Assembly: GCA_051294375.1 (NCBI GenBank)
Contig: CM119265.1
Coordinates: 22,774,591-22,838,590, forward strand
Direction of reading: 5' to 3'
DNA length: 64,000 nucleotides
Origin: Paraspadella gotoi
Lineage: Eukaryota; Animalia; Chaetognatha
Every line of letters begins with the position of its first letter. Position 1 is the stretch's first letter. The notes under the pieces are model-generated. The model was not told the origin of the DNA. It saw only the letters and a list, made by a program, of their open reading frames with translations, and ran no database searches. The translations under genes and the position numbers were made by a program. This document shows, piece by piece, positions 47,743 through 64,000 of this stretch.

Positions 47743-49708
47743 NNNNNNNNNNNNNNNNNNNNNNNNNNNNNNNNNNNNNNNNNNNNNNNNNNNNNNNNNN
47801 NNNNNNNNNNNNNNNNNNNNNNNNNNNNNNNNNNNNNNNNNNNNNNNNNNNNNNNNNNNNNNNNNNNNNNNNNNNNNNNNNNNNNNNNNNNNNNNNNNNN
47901 NNNNNNNNNNNNNNNNNNNNNNNNNNNNNNNNNNNNNNNNNNNNNNNNNNNNNNNNNNNNNNACCCGAATCGTCCTTCGGTTTTTCGGTCATTTTTCCGC
48001 CAGTCGCCCCCCTACCTTTAGAGGGGGGAGAAGGAGCAAAGGAAGATATCAATCGGGTAACCCTGTAGGCTCGCTGCAACAGTATAGTATATACTACAAT
48101 AGTATATACCACAATTATTTACATACATTATACATTATACTCGCTATATTTCTTCATAGAGGAGAAGTGACGACGTTTTTTACTATACGAATTAGTATTC
48201 GTTAATTTTTATTATATATTTGATTCCTCTTAATTTTTCCGTGATAGAAACAAGCAGCAAAAAATAAATAGTCCTTGACGCTTAATTTATATTCGTAAGA
48301 ACTCCAGAGGAAGGAAAGAATCAAAAACCCTAATACAACTAATTCACCGGTCGTAATTCATCATCTTCATCGTCGTCGTCGTCGTCGTCGTCGGCGTCGT
48401 CTCTCTAAATTAGGAGGCGGAAACAATTGTAAGGAATTTACAAACTTTACGGNNNNNNNNNNNNNNNNNNNNNNNNNNNNNNNNNNNNNNNNNNNNNNNN
48501 NNNNNNNNNNNNNNNNNNNNNNNNNNNNNNNNNNNNNNNNNNNNNNNNNNNNNNNNNNNNNNNNNNNNNNNNNNNNNNNNNNNNNNNNNNNNNNNNNNNN
48601 NNNNNNNNNNNNNNNNNNNNNNNNNNNNNNNNNNNNNATAAAAAAATATCACAGGCACCAAAGAGAGGAAGAAAGACAGTGAAGCCTTACTTGAAGACCA
48701 AGAGGTGCACTGTTGATAAAAAAGGCTACATATNNNNNNNNNNNNNNNNNNNNNNNNNNNNNNNNNNNNNNNNNNNNNNNNNNNNNNNNNNNNNNNNNNN
48801 NNNNNNNNNNNNNNNNNNNNNNNNNNNNNNNNNNNNNNNNNNNNNNNNNNNNNNNNNNNNNNNNNNNNNNNNNNNNNNNNNNNNNNNNNNNNNNNNNNNN
48901 NNNNNNNNNNNNNNNNNNNNNNNNNNNNNNNNNNNNNNNNNNNNNNNNNNNNNNNNNNNNNNNNNNNNNNNNNNNNNNNNNNNNNNNNNNNNNNNNNNNN
49001 NNNNNNNNNNNNNNNNNNNNNNNNNNNNNNNNNNNNNNNNNNNNNNNNNNNNNNNNNNNNNNNNNNNNNNNNNNNNNNNNNNNNNNNNNNNNNNNNNNNN
49101 NNNNNNNNNNNNNNNNNNNNNNNNNNNNNNNNNNNNNNNNNNNNNNNNNNNNNNNNNNNNNNNNNNNNNNNNNNNNNNNNNNNNNNNNNNNNNNNNNNNN
49201 NNNNNNNNNNNNNNNNNNNNNNNNNNNNNNNNNNNNNNNNNNNNNNNNNNNNNNNNNNNNNNNNNNNNNNNNNNNNNNNNNNNNNNNNNNNNNNNNNNNN
49301 NNNNNNNNNNNNNNNNNNNNNNNNNNNNNNNNNNNNNNNNNNNNNNNNNNNNNNNNNNNNNNNNNNNNNNNNNNNNNNNNNNNNNNNNNNNNNNNNNNNN
49401 NNNNNNNNNNNNNNNNNNNNNNNNNNNNNNNNNNNNNNNNNNNNNNNNNNNNNNNNNNNNNNNNNNNNNNNNNNNNNNNNNNNNNNNNNNNNNNNNNNNN
49501 NNNNNNNNNNNNNNNNNNNNNNNNNNNNNNNNNNNNNNNNNNNNNNNNNNNNNNNNNNNNNNNNNNNNNNNNNNNNNNNNNNNNNNNNNNNNNNNNNNNN
49601 NNNNNNNNNNNNNNNNNNNNNNNNNNNNNNNNNNNNNNNNNNNNNNNNNNNNNNNNNNNNNNNNNNNNNNNNNNNNNNNNNNNNNNNNNNNNNNNNNNNN
49701 NNNNNNNN
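47743..49708. other. Assembly gaps
   Basis: N runs at 47743-47962, 48453-48637 and 48734-49708; a further one at 61846-61855. Confidence 1.
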
Positions 49709-51079
49709 CGCCGCCACCGCTACCGACTCTTCATACTACGTTTCTGCATACGTCCTACTTTCTCCTTTTCTGTTCTTCATCCACGACCCAAAACCACATT
49801 TCATTTTTTTTTTCAAATTTTCAATAAAAATTTCTGATAAATTTCGTTTATTTGATTTTGTTTAGAGAATTTTTGCAAAGAGTTTGCGTGAGTGAATTGT
49901 GGAATGCGCGAACTGTGAAGCTGGGGGCGCAAAAACTGGCGGATTAAAAAAAAAAAGCCATTAATGTTCGCTTCTGTTTAATGCTTATCGTTTGTGATTG
50001 TAGAGTGTAGAATGTAGACTGTACAGCAACGGGGGAATTTGTTGGTGGGGGTGCTTGATAAATGAAGGGAGGGGAAGGGATGTGCTTGGTAACGCAATTG
50101 AGAAGCGATAAGACAAGCATTGGCGCGGGATGGTGTAGAGGCATGATTGTAGTAATTTAATATGAATGAAAATAAATGAAAATAAAGTGTGGCTGAGATA
50201 GTTTGTGTGGATATCAGCGCATAGTGATGCGGTGTGATAATATTTCCAATTTTTTTGCTCTCGTGTCAGTGTTAATCTCCGACGCGAGACGATGGATGAA
50301 AACCGAAGCTCGTTGCGAACAACAACAACAACAACGAACAACGACGACGACGATAACGACGAGGCGGACCAAACCGGAAAAGATAATCGTCGTTGGGTAC
50401 AAATAAAGTGAAGAGAAATGAAAAACTTAACAAGTTTGAAGCAAACAATGTCGGATCGCCTACGATAATTAATTAATTAATTGATTAATAATTAATTAAT
50501 TATATAATAGATTATATTAATTAATTAATTAATGTATTAATTAATTAATAGATTAATATAATTTATATTCAGCTTGTCATAGTCGATGTCCTTAAAATGA
50601 GTCAGGACCAGTTATTAATGTTTTGTTACATTTTTATCAAAACAAACAATATCCTCTATTATCGAGCCCGGCGGGCATAAGCCCGTATCCTGGTCTAGGA
50701 TTTTTTTTTCGGTTTAGCTTTGGTCTCGAGGGCTTTTTTGTGCAATCATGGCTTCTGAAAAGTGTGGATATCATTAGGGAGTTGAATTTTTCACTATATG
50801 GCTTCTAATCATCAAGATCTTTAAAATTCTCATGCTTCATAATCAAAATATTCGGTATTTGTTTAGTTTTTATTTACCAAAAACAAAAACGTTTTAATTA
50901 TATGTCGCTCTCTTCTCTCTCGTCTTTTTCTCCGTCCACTGTTTCTTCTAAAAAAGAGTTCCGGCCTCTGCCAAGCGTCTGTCCAGCTTCTTTCTCTCTC
51001 TCTCTCTCTCTCTTCTCCTCTGCTCTTTTTTTTTTTTACAAAAATATTTTTTAGAATATAATGTGGGTTCACGTAATGT

Positions 51080-51160
51080 AAAAAACGTGCCGCGGAACAG
51101 GGCGCGAACCCGGGTCCTTTGGGTAGAGAATAGCTCACGTACCGTGCGCGCTCCATAAGT
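51080..51160 (-). mobile_element. tRNA-derived SINE head or tRNA pseudogene
   Basis: Minus strand: TGGAGCGCGCACGG (A-box-like) ... GACCCGGGTTCGCGCCCTG (B-box/T-arm-like), then a T-run; no clean cloverleaf. Confidence 0.35.
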
Positions 51161-51974
51161 ACTGACTTGATTCTCTTTAACGAGTACAAGGGCGCTGTAG
51201 AGCTTCCTCTGCTTCTCTCTCTTTTTAATTTTATATATCGCTCTTTCTCTTTCTCTTTTTCTCTGCAGGCGCTGTCTCTCCTCTCTCTTCTTTTTCTCTC
51301 CTCTCTCTCTGTCTCTGCTGTGCTCTCTTGTGTGTGTCTGTCCCTATCTGTCCATCTTTCTTGCGTGATCGTTTGTTTTTTGAAAAAATGTCTGATTATC
51401 TTTTTTCCTTTCTTAAAAACTTTTTATTATTGCGATTTATTCCCGCGCTTTTTTCAATAAAAATCCCATATTTTCATCCGACCGAGATTTTGTGGATTTA
51501 TTCTCTTCCTTTCTCTCTCTCCTCTCTCTCTCTCTCTTCCTCTCTATCTTCTTTCTTCTCTCTCGTCTTTCTCTGTCTTCGTCCATCTCCTTCCTCATAC
51601 AATTTATGACTATTCATCGACAGAATGGCATAGATCATGTCAATCCGGCTCACTATTACATCCAGAGTTAATGCTATTGCATCTATGATTCATCGATCAT
51701 ACATCTTATCTAATTGATGGCAATCATAGTATACTAACAGAACAGTACTCAATATGGATACGATTGATTCGTTTTCCGTTTTTTCTTATTTAGATAGTGC
51801 TCTGGCTCATCTTAGTTTAAGATTTTCTTTATTATTGTCGCCTCGTCTTCTCTCTCTCATGCTCTCTTTCAGTCTCCTCCTCTCTCTCTCCTGCACTCTT
51901 CTCGTTCTCTCTTCTCTCTCCTCTCTTCTTTTTATGCGAATAGACGACGACCTTATGCTTTTAAGATTTTTTTA

Positions 51975-53145
51975 ACTTGCATCATTTTTCAACTGGCATC
52001 AATTTTTTAACTTGCATTCCGTCAACTTTATATCTGGCTTCTTCACCTCACTTCCCTACCGGCTCACAAAATTTTCATCTCACTATCTGTTCAGGGTTAA
52101 AATGAAATAAAAGATTCAAGTAAATGTGACTCATAATTTTTTCATTTGAAAGCTCCATTTCCACTTGTTACTTTTCCACTGAAACTTTATATCAAGCTTC
52201 GTTCATACGTTTTCCTACCCACTGACACAAAATTTCAAACTCAATCTACTCAGCCATTTATGATTTAATTGGAGTATTTTATTGGTTAAAATAAGTAAAA
52301 ACGAATTCTTTAGTTAAATTCGACTTATGTTTTTTTCCCATTTAAACTAATTTCCACTCACAACGATTCATCGAAATTTTATATCGCAGTCTTTATCACA
52401 CATTTCCCTAGTCCGACACAGCAAAATTTAATTCCAATCCAAACCAGGCCAATCACGATGTGTATTTAGGAGGCTTTTTGCTAAATGGACGGATGGACGG
52501 TTGATTTGACTAATTAATTATTATTGATTAATTTTTTACTAATTGATTAATTAACTGATTAATTATTTGATTTGCTATTAATACATCCTGCAGATACATT
52601 TAATATTAAGAAAGGAAAAAGAAGCATAATCAATGTAGTAAGACAGCAGAGGTTTTTTGTTTTTTTCCATTAAACTCATTTCCACTTGCAAACCTATTTC
52701 ATCGATAACTTGATTTCCTGTTCAATACCACACTTTCCTACCCACATACAAAATTCCAGGTTCAATCAGCCGCATCACTCATGAGCAATTGGTGTTCAAA
52801 TAGTGAATATATTTTTTTTGTTTTTTCATTTAAAACTCATTTCCACTCGGACGATTCATCGAAACTTTAATATCCAGCCAATCACACACTTACCTATCCA
52901 CACAACAAAATTTCATTTAAATCCATCCATCCAATCACGAGTAATTGTGTTTGTTTTGCTAAGGTGGGACGGACGGACGTGACGGACGGACGGACGGACG
53001 GACAGACAGACGGACGGACGGACATCATTTTTTTGCATAATTTATCATAATTCGATGTTCTGACATGAATATAAAGTGTTGCCCGACAATATTGAGGGGG
53101 GCGGAACCGACGACCGAAAAAGTGAGTTATAAAAAGTGAGTTATG
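51975..53145 (-). mobile_element. Helentron/DINE-1-like non-autonomous element with (GTCC)n microsatellite and internal tandem repeats
   Basis: (GGAC/AGAC)n at 52966-53023 and 52487-52500; about five diverged repeats of ..aaactcatttccact..catcgaaactt..cctaccc..caaaatttca..; terminal aaaaagtgagttat duplicated at ~53117-53144. Confidence 0.55.
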
Positions 53146-53829
53146 AGTCGGCGATCTGCTGGAATAAAGACAGAATCCGACTAATAAAAAAAAGAAATAA
53201 AGAAAAAAAAACAACAAAAATTTCATCGAGAGTGTTTTTATCTGAGATCGAATAAAAAAAACGGGATGTGGTTAATGGAAAAAAAGTGAATTTTGGGAGG
53301 GAAACTCCTTTGCCCTTCTCATTCGAATTCAATTTCACATCAAATTCGTTTTAAATTTTTTTTTATTTTTCGCGGTCTTGAAAGAAGGAAAAAAAATAAT
53401 AAACTCTATTCTGAAGCTAAAATTTAAAAAAAATATCTAGAGAGAAATGGGAGACTATAATTATATAAGAATAATTATCTTGCCAACTGATCCGCTAAAA
53501 TTACTTCGAAAAAATCTTTTCTAATTTTATTGAGGAGATTCTTCGATTTATGCGCTTTGACATTGTGCCTGGGCAACGGATAATTTCATCTGGCAAAGAA
53601 GTTCTTTGACCCAAAGATCATTTCCAATTCGGTTCCATCTGCTAAATCTTCCTCGTTGCTAACGTTTCGTGCTTGTTTTTGTCTCATTGACTTTTCATCT
53701 TCCAGAAAAATCTCGTGACCAAATTTGGGGGAAAAAAAGATATTTTTTTCGGTTTTTTTTTTTCTTGGCATTATCCGAAGACCTTAGCTTTGGTTGTGTC
53801 CTTGGCTGCTTGGCATCATATTGAGAGAG

Positions 53830-53883
<54 letters not shown>

Positions 53884-54040
53884 GTTGCTTAGTAGTTACG
53901 TAAATTCGCTTGGGTCTGCATTTAAAGCAAATAAGTAATAAGTATACTAAATACGGACGCTAACGAGCCTTAACTCAGTTCATGAAATTCGTTCGCTTTC
54001 CATTTTAACTTCAAATTACTGTATTTCCTAGTCAGAGAAA

Positions 54041-54085
<45 letters not shown>

Positions 54086-55279
54086 AGAGAAGAGAGAGAG
54101 AGGAGAGAGAGAGAGAGAGGCGACTTTCCACAGAAGCATTTTTAATTTTTTTTAAAAATTCGTAAAAATATGTCGCCCGATTCGGGAAACCAAAATCTTT
54201 GAACTTTGATACTTTGACGAATTAATTTCGATTAAACTTTTTTATATTTTTATTTTCTTCTTTGATCGATGGAGACTGGAAAACCACAATAATCGTCTTT
54301 GAAACAAAAAATTGAGAAAAAAAAAAGAAAAAGAAAAGAAAAAACAGAATTTTGGGGGGAAATTTTTTCGAATCCAGTTAAGCGTCTCTCGACTCGGAAC
54401 TCAAATAGGCTTCCAACTTTCTTCTCTTTTTTTTATTCAAATCAGGTCCCAGAACACAAAATGGGCAAAATCAAATTGTTTTAACTCCCTGCAAACGAGG
54501 ATTTCCCCTTAATGTGATTGTGAAAAAAGGAAAAAAAAAGAAAGTCTGTTTTTTTTGTTTTGTTTTTTTTATGTTTTTTTTTTGCCGCTGTATTGATCGA
54601 GTACGATGCACACTGTGAGAAAATTGTTTAAAGTCCCAGTGTTTACTTACTTACTTGGAGCTCATGAGAAAGGTCAACGAGGTGAGTAATATTCACTGAT
54701 TCGCCTTATTGGGACAAACTAAACAAAATATAAGAAACTCAGATGTTGATTTTTTGAATTTTAAAAACGTCTTCGTAAAAAAACAAAAAAACAAAAAAAC
54801 AAAAAAACGCGAATTAAAAAAAAAAAGAAAAATAACAAAAAAACTGTAAACTTGCTTCTCTCTAACTGAAACTGAAAACAATATTTAATTAAAATAACAA
54901 TTCTACTGAGTATTAAAATAAAATTACAATTCATTTTCTTTTCACCCTTGATAACCTAAAATTATGACACTCCCTGTAAAAAAAAACCCTGAACCCTGGC
55001 CCTGGGAAAACCCCGCGAACCCTGGAAGCCCGGATGATAAACAAGTCGGAAAATTGGTGGACAAACAATTTTGTTCCGTTTCACTTGGTCGAACGAAAAA
55101 AAAAAATCGTCTTTCCTTTTTTTTTTCTATTATCCTCGTAAATCGCGATGATTCAGAAACCCTTTTCATTTTTATTTTATTTTATGTATCCCCTTAATTT
55201 ATATCCATCGATTCTACTTTGTTTCATTTCCGCTCGTTTTCAGACGTAAAAAAAAAAAAAATCTGTCGCACAACGCAAG

Positions 55280-58200
55280 ATGTCTCCGACTTTGCCTTTT
55301 GTTTCCTGCTTTCTTCTCCTCGCGTTTCCCCTGGTGGCACCGGAATTCATCGAGAGAGGATCGAAAACTCGATTCGTTTGTAAATCGCAAAAAGCAGAAT
55401 CCGGGGTGATGGTGAGTTAAAACTGATGGTGAGTTAAAACTGAAGAGATCGCTATGATGTACTAACTGAAGACCGTCAGCTTATACTTATCATACATTTA
55501 TAATTTTTCTTTTTCCTGGATAAGGTATTTTCCTTGAGCAAAATACTTTACAATACTTTATTACGAAACTGCATTAATCGCTTTTGTATCCTTTGAATGT
55601 CCTAAAAATTGTATCCCCCTACAGTACGAACCGATTTTGAAGCGAAACGACGATCATCACAAAGCGGATCCGGTCAACCTGTTCGTGGGTGAGTACAGTA
55701 GTTCTCTTTTAAAATCGTGAGAGATTTGTGAGATTTGTGAAAACTAATAACTAATAAGTGATAACTAATTTGATTCAGGTTCCAGCAAACGTCCCCTGGT
55801 CGATTCGGACTGGTCGGTCAACAAAACGAAGAACGAAACGACCGGGATCGAAACATTCTCGTATTATCTCGAGTAAGGCTGATTGGCAGGGCCCGCGTTG
55901 TTATAGTAGTTGTTTACGTTGTTGCTATTAATGTTTTATTCTATTTCAATTCGATTTGGGAAATGTCTTTTCAATTTGCAATACATCCTTCTAGTTTCAG
56001 CAACAGTTCAGTTCAATCCCTTGAAAGCGCTTTACATTTATTGGCGCAGCCGCTGGTTGTTTAGGTTGTTGCTATTACTGTTTTTGTTTTGGTATTGTAG
56101 TTATTGTTTTTGATGTTGATGTTGATGTAATTATGTTGCAGATACTGCAGACAAATACAAATAAAAAATCAAATTTTATCGTGTGTAAAAAAAACAAAAA
56201 AACAAATCAAATCAAGAAACAGCTCCCCTTCAAAAAAAAAAAAAAAAAATGTAAAAGAAAATAAGGAAAATAAGAAAAATAAGGAAAATAAGGAAAATAA
56301 GGAAAGAGGCCAAAAAGAAAGGATTTCGTCTCTTTCGCAGGAACGTGGACTTCGAGGATGCGGGAATCTACGTCTGCGACGATATCCACGAATTAAAGCG
56401 AAACCTCACCGTGTTGGGGGACAGAGTGGATTGCAAGGAGGCCGCCATAGAGACCAAGCAAGGTGATAACTGGACAATACAAGGAGAAATATAATAAGGG
56501 AATAAGACAATGAAAGAATAAACGAAAGACAAAATGAATGAATGAACGATTGAAGAAATTAATATATACTTAAATGAATGAAAGAATTAACAAATAGATA
56601 AATACGTAATACATACGAATAAATTAATTTAAAAAATAAATATTTCAGGCGACAAGATCGACACTTGGTGTGAACTTCCGGTCGATGGTCCAGACGAAGT
56701 CGACCTCGGGTGGTATCTCGACGACGAGAGAATGGAGGTAAGTGATCGGCGATCGATCGGTGATCACTGATCACTGACCAAGTGATTTTCATTTCCAGTC
56801 GAAGTTGAAAGAAGTGAAACCGGAAGACACGAGCGTCACGAGCATCTTGACAATCACCGTGAAACCCGAACTTCACGGGAAAACCATCCAATGCAGGTTT
56901 GACGGCGGAAGAGGCGACAGCGTGACTGAGCACGGGTCTTGGTCTTGGTCCAAAGATTTTGGACAAAAAGAAAAACTTACCAATGGGGGGATTTCTCGGG
57001 AAAAAATTCCTTATTCATTGATATTGTCGTGAAGTGAGTTGTAAGCTGCCGCTCTTAGGGATGACCGAAGAGGGATTTATACAAAGACGGACGCAATTAA
57101 AAGAAGTCAATCATTATTGGGTTAATTTTATTTTAAGTAAACTTGAAATACCAAATTTAAAAAACTAAATAAATGTTTTTTCGTGGTTTTGGGCGTTTTT
57201 TTTTTTCAGCTAAATGTGGTTTATGAAATATAATCCCCCCAAAAAAAGCTTCTACCCTAATTTTTTTGTTTTGTTTTTTCTATTCGCGAATTTTCGATTT
57301 TTTTTTTGCTTGATTTTCTTTCACTAACCCAGATCCAGTGGCAAGTAAGAAAAGGAGCTAGATGAACTGAGAGAGCAACTTTAGTCGCTTCTATTTGATC
57401 TTTTTTCCTCATTAGGTGTTTAAGGGTCAATTGGACCCTTTTGTACTTTATTGACTTTTTTTGACCGATATTTTTGGCATGGACTTTTGACGAAAGTAAT
57501 TTCTTTTTATTTTATTTAAATTTAAAACTATTAAAGATCTTTTTTTTTTCAAAAAATTATTTTTCTAGTTTTTTCCTTAGTCCCAGCGTCAGAGAAAGCA
57601 TGTTGGCCTTTCTAGTTTGTTGAGGAAATGCGCTTTCAAACTCATATGATTACTATAATATTTTTTTGAATGCTTACCTTAGTGGATAATTTTGGAATCA
57701 ATCATAAATTTTTTATCCAGCAACCTAGAAGGCTTGTAGAAATCGCTTGCACACATAATATTAAACATATATGTATAAAACTAAATCAGGGTCAAATTGT
57801 CCTAACCACAGATACTTGATGGACAAAAAAGCAATCTACACGTGCCCAGTCAATTTGGACGTCAAATATCCTGTACAGGTCAAAGGAAAAAGCAAGAGTG
57901 TCCTTAACGAAGACGAGGTTGAGGTTAGTTATCTATCTATCTATCTATATACCTGTCTATCTACGTATATTCTAACCTAATTGCTTGTTTCCCTAAATAT
58001 AGGCGGAGATCCACGTGATCGGAAATCCTTGGCCAGGAAAGAGTGAGATTAAAGTTGTGAGCGACGATATCATTCCCGCCAAAACGACGTTGGACGAGAT
58101 TGATCACGGACTCGGAGCAGAAGTGAGAAACTCACGAACTCAATTCTGAGACAAATTATTTCTCGTTTAGGAGAGAAAAAAAAACTTCTATTTGGGCTAT

Positions 58201-59649
58201 CAATTAGCAGCAATTTCAGCTTCCGGCGGTTTTGAATATTTAAAAAAAAAAATGTCTTTTGTCTAAAGCTCATGGCTTCCCTTTTTTACGCCAGGTTACC
58301 GTTTACGTTCCACTCTCGGTATTCGAAAAGAAAAAAAAGGCTAACGTCATTCTGAAAACTACGGCGGACGTCGTGATCGGATCCGTCGACATTGAAATTC
58401 CAGAGAAAGCAGGTTAATTCCCAATTTAACTAATTAAAATTAATAAACTAGGTGCAGTAGCATTTCGGCGACCCTTTCGAACTAAAATTGCATCCGTTTG
58501 TTTCTTACGCGCTGCACAAAGACATAAACTCGGCTTCCCTTTTTGCCCTGGATTTGACGAGTTTTCTCAGTTGTCTCGTTATCTTGAAATTTTTGCGATA
58601 GACGGAGGTAAGGGAGTCGGAGATTGTGTCTCTTTAGGCGGGACTTTCCTCTTTTTTTTTTTTAACTTGCCGGTTTGAAATTTACGAGAAAAAAAAATTC
58701 AATCTCAGCATGGCATTCGCAATTCGCATCCAACGTTTGCCCTTTCTGTTTCCTTACTAGTACAACAACGTCATGCTTTCTCCGTTAAGATTTTTTGTGA
58801 ATAAACTGCAAAAATACTGCATCAATCTTCATTGCAAAAATTATTCTCCTTGGCCACATATATTCCCTTAACCAAATTTGAGTAATATTCACCACGCAGG
58901 ACTAATATTAACTATTTCCAAGCAATAAATTACCTATATTCAAACGTATTATATAATATTTTGCGAATAACGAGCGATTTGAACTAACTCTTATTCAAAA
59001 AAAAAAAAAAACCCAGAAAAAAACACAAGAGCAATGACAGCTTTCAAGAACTTTATCTTTTCTTTGAATGCAAGCCGACCTCTCTTCACTCTTCAGTCTT
59101 CACGTTTCGTCAAAAAAATTGGGACTGTGGACCTGTAGTCACTGGTCAACCGATAACAAGAAAGAATATTGTCATTTATAGTACTAAATTTACTTTTTTA
59201 ATCCCATTTTTTGGTCGACGCGTTAAGCACTAATTTTAATTTACTTAGTTGGTGTTTGAAAATTTAGTCACATTGGTCGCACGTATTTGATGAACAAATG
59301 TCGATGCGTAAAGTGTGAAAAATTTAAAGATTTACTACAAGAAAAACAACAAAAGTTACTATCGAAACTTTTAGTCTTCGTCCACTGTGGTCACTGAACA
59401 CTTCCACAACTCATTCACGTTTTTTTAATTCACTCGATTCTCAATGCCAAATCTTAAAATAATTTTCAAACTTGACTTTGCATCCATTCCTCTTTTAAAG
59501 CCTCGACAACGTACATCATCGTCATCGTGGTCCTGGCCATCGCGGCGGTCCTACTGGCCGTAGGAATCATTTACTTCGTCAAGAAAAACAAACAAAGAAG
59601 CAACAAAGAAAAGTCGTCGAAGGATGTACCTTTGGCGGAGCAAGCGTGA
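55280..59649 (+). CDS. Immunoglobulin-superfamily type I membrane protein (~365 aa), Fasciclin-III/nectin-like architecture
   Basis: Ten phase-consistent exons: 55280-55411, 55625-55688, 55779-55872, 56341-56462, 56649-56737, 56799-56896, 57812-57923, 58003-58122, 58295-58412, 59501-59649. Signal peptide, NVDFEDAGIYVC, C2-like WYLDD...SILTITVKPELHGKTIQC, third domain with GNPWP, TM YIIVIVVLAIAAVLLAVGIIYFV, short basic tail. Confidence 0.85.
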
Positions 59650-60876
59650 TCCTCGTTCTCATTCATCTTCTCTGTCAAGATAACAACAAAATATTGTCGG
59701 AAAGACAATCAAAAGCAAACGCGAAAATTTTAGCTTTTTATTTCTCTCCTATTTTTCATCGTTAACTCATTCCATTGGCTTCATAACATTCGCGGCTTCA
59801 TTAATAATTTAGAATAGAGACAAAGAACGCGTAATCCTTCTTTAATCCACATATTCCGTTTTTATCGAGCGCGCGACGGGTGTTCAGAGCTCAAATATCA
59901 CCAGATTAGGCCTAACGCTGCCATTATTACAGTGCTAAACTCTGGGAAAAAAATGTGTCCTGATGGTAGTTTTTTGTACATGACGATTTTAAATCTAGGC
60001 AGTATTGATGTACATAGGTATTAAATTTTATTGTACATAATTATATTTCTTGCGATGTAAATGGTCGTACTGAAATGCTATAATTTTTTCTTTAGTGTTT
60101 CTACCTTTCCAAAGATTATATTTTAAAGCTCTCTAAGTTTACAAATACCCAGCTTTCAATGGTATATTTCAATATAAAAAAAATTAGCAGGATTTTAAAT
60201 TCTGTTTTTATGTTTGTGAATACTTTAGTGGCGGTATTAGCAAAACAAATTATTTTTTTTCTCTTTTCGCTTCTGCTTTCACAAATTTGATTGATTTGCT
60301 ATGTATGACAATGCCTCTTAGATTCTTTGTTAACATCTGTTTTATTTGGTTTAGAACAGACAGTCGAAAAAATGGCAGGTACCATCAAGTATCATGAGTT
60401 ATTTATAAATACAATCATTACGACATTACGTACATATTTCGCTGGAATGACATAAAATGATTAAGTAGATACAGTATCCCTATTAACATATTTCGTAAGG
60501 AAAATCTTGTTCATTAAGACAATTGAAAATCAAAACAAAGGACAATTTTTAAAGAAATTAACGAACGCAGACAACAGTAACATTTATTATATAACAAAAT
60601 TAGTTCAAGCATTGAAGTTCCGTACTATCCAAAAAAACGTCAAAACCCAATGAAAAGTTTTTTTATTCCATGTAACACGAGGGCCTTTAATTGTAAGCAC
60701 TTCTTAAAATTAGAATATCTCAGAATAAATAATAAAGAGTCTAACAGTAATAAATTTAAGTTTAGCAAACTCTACTACTTTTTAAAAAGTCGATACTATA
60801 GTCTTAGCCTCAGAAATCGAGGGTGCTACAATTCTCGAAATACCTCGAAGAGTATCAAAAGACGTCACAAAATATG

Positions 60877-63054
<2,178 letters not shown>

Positions 63055-64000
63055 ATGGAGGAGAGTGGGGAAAACCCTTTCGCGGATCCGTCAATCGCCC
63101 GGGCCGCGACGGGTTACGGGAGCAACGGAACGACTCAAAGTCACGGCCAGAGTCTCATGAGAGACTACAACCCTTTTGACGCCGCGGGAAATGCTCAAAC
63201 TCAAAGGGTAAGTAGTCTAGGAGGAAGAAAAAAGGGGGCGTGTTTTAAAAAAATAATAAACTAAAATCACCAGTCATTTCTTACATTTATGAAAGCGCTG
63301 AATTAACTAGCTGAATCAGGATGTTATGTTTAACTTTATGTTAAGCGGTTCCGCAGAAACTACTAAGAACCTTTCATTGTTCCTACTTATTTTTTAAAAT
63401 ACCTAAGGTTGAGCATCGTCTAACCCCGACTAATTAAATTAAATTCATCTTTTTATTCAGACTACCAGCCAGGCCTCCCGCCCTGATCCTTTGGAAGCAT
63501 ACAACCCGTTCGACAAGGAGCCGGGAGCCGCTGGTCGCGGCGCTTCCATGGCTTCGGGTGTTGGCGCTTTCGGCGCTCAGAAACCGGCCGCCGATCCGCC
63601 GCCGCCCTACGCCCAGTCTCCAGCACAAGCGGTTAGAATTTTATTTAGTTATTAAATTGTAGGGTTTAATTGTTTATTTGCTTTAAATTAAAAGTAACTT
63701 GAAATTCCTTTAAATTGAATTCGTCCAGATCGACACGGATAGTTACATGAGCGCGAAACGCGATCTTGACCGAAAAGCGCGCGAGTTGGAGGAAAGAGAA
63801 CAGCGCATGCGCGAGGAAGAGCAGCGTATCAGGGACGCTTCACGCCAGGGCCCCGCCGGACCCCCGTCTTCCTTCAACAACTGGCCGCCGCTGCCCCGCT
63901 GGTTCCCGCTCAAACCTTGCTTTTACCAGGACATCGACGTCGAAATACCCAGCGGACTCCAGCACCTCGTCAAACAAATGTATTACATCTGGCTGTACCA
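63055..64000 (+). CDS. SCAMP: Secretory carrier-associated membrane protein, 5' part
   Basis: Exons 63055-63207, 63461-63631, 63729->64000. Three NPF motifs ([14 protein letters not shown] twice), coiled coil [35 protein letters not shown]. Confidence 0.95.

Noticed and set aside
47654-49837. ORFs of 150-435 aa
   Set aside because: Artefacts of N runs.
57415-57805. Possible MITE (gggtcaattggaccc ... gggtcaaattgtcc)
   Set aside because: No convincing terminal inverted repeats or TSD could be delimited.

Overview
Eukaryotic, apparently invertebrate-animal, genomic DNA: GC-rich exons, short AT-rich introns, TTAGGG-type repeats, many microsatellites and five N-gaps. Genes reconstructed by hand from exon translation and splice phases: last exon of RNF32 (+); BICDL1/BICDR1 (+, 8 exons); the glass C2H2 photoreceptor transcription factor (-, all five fingers); an unrecognised ~1250-aa coiled-coil/RS/RRM-like protein (+); a small single-pass membrane protein (+); VWA5A with an RS-rich insert and frameshifts (-); a Fasciclin-III-like 3-Ig membrane protein (+); a divergent Rab6 (-) head-to-head with SCAMP (+, truncated by the window end). 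Mobile DNA includes a Tc1/mariner-type non-autonomous element and Helentron/DINE-like repeats. The best-supported unusual signal is a family of ~200-bp palindromic intronic elements carrying minimal hammerhead-ribozyme cores (Penelope/retrozyme-like); one copy has a target-site duplication. Other leads: a degenerate inverted repeat pair bracketing the orphan coiled-coil gene, a structured telomere-repeat element in a glass intron, and candidate small-ORF transcripts. The 41-54 kb interval is gene-poor, gapped and probably low-quality sequence. All homology calls come from recalled family motifs, not from database searches.
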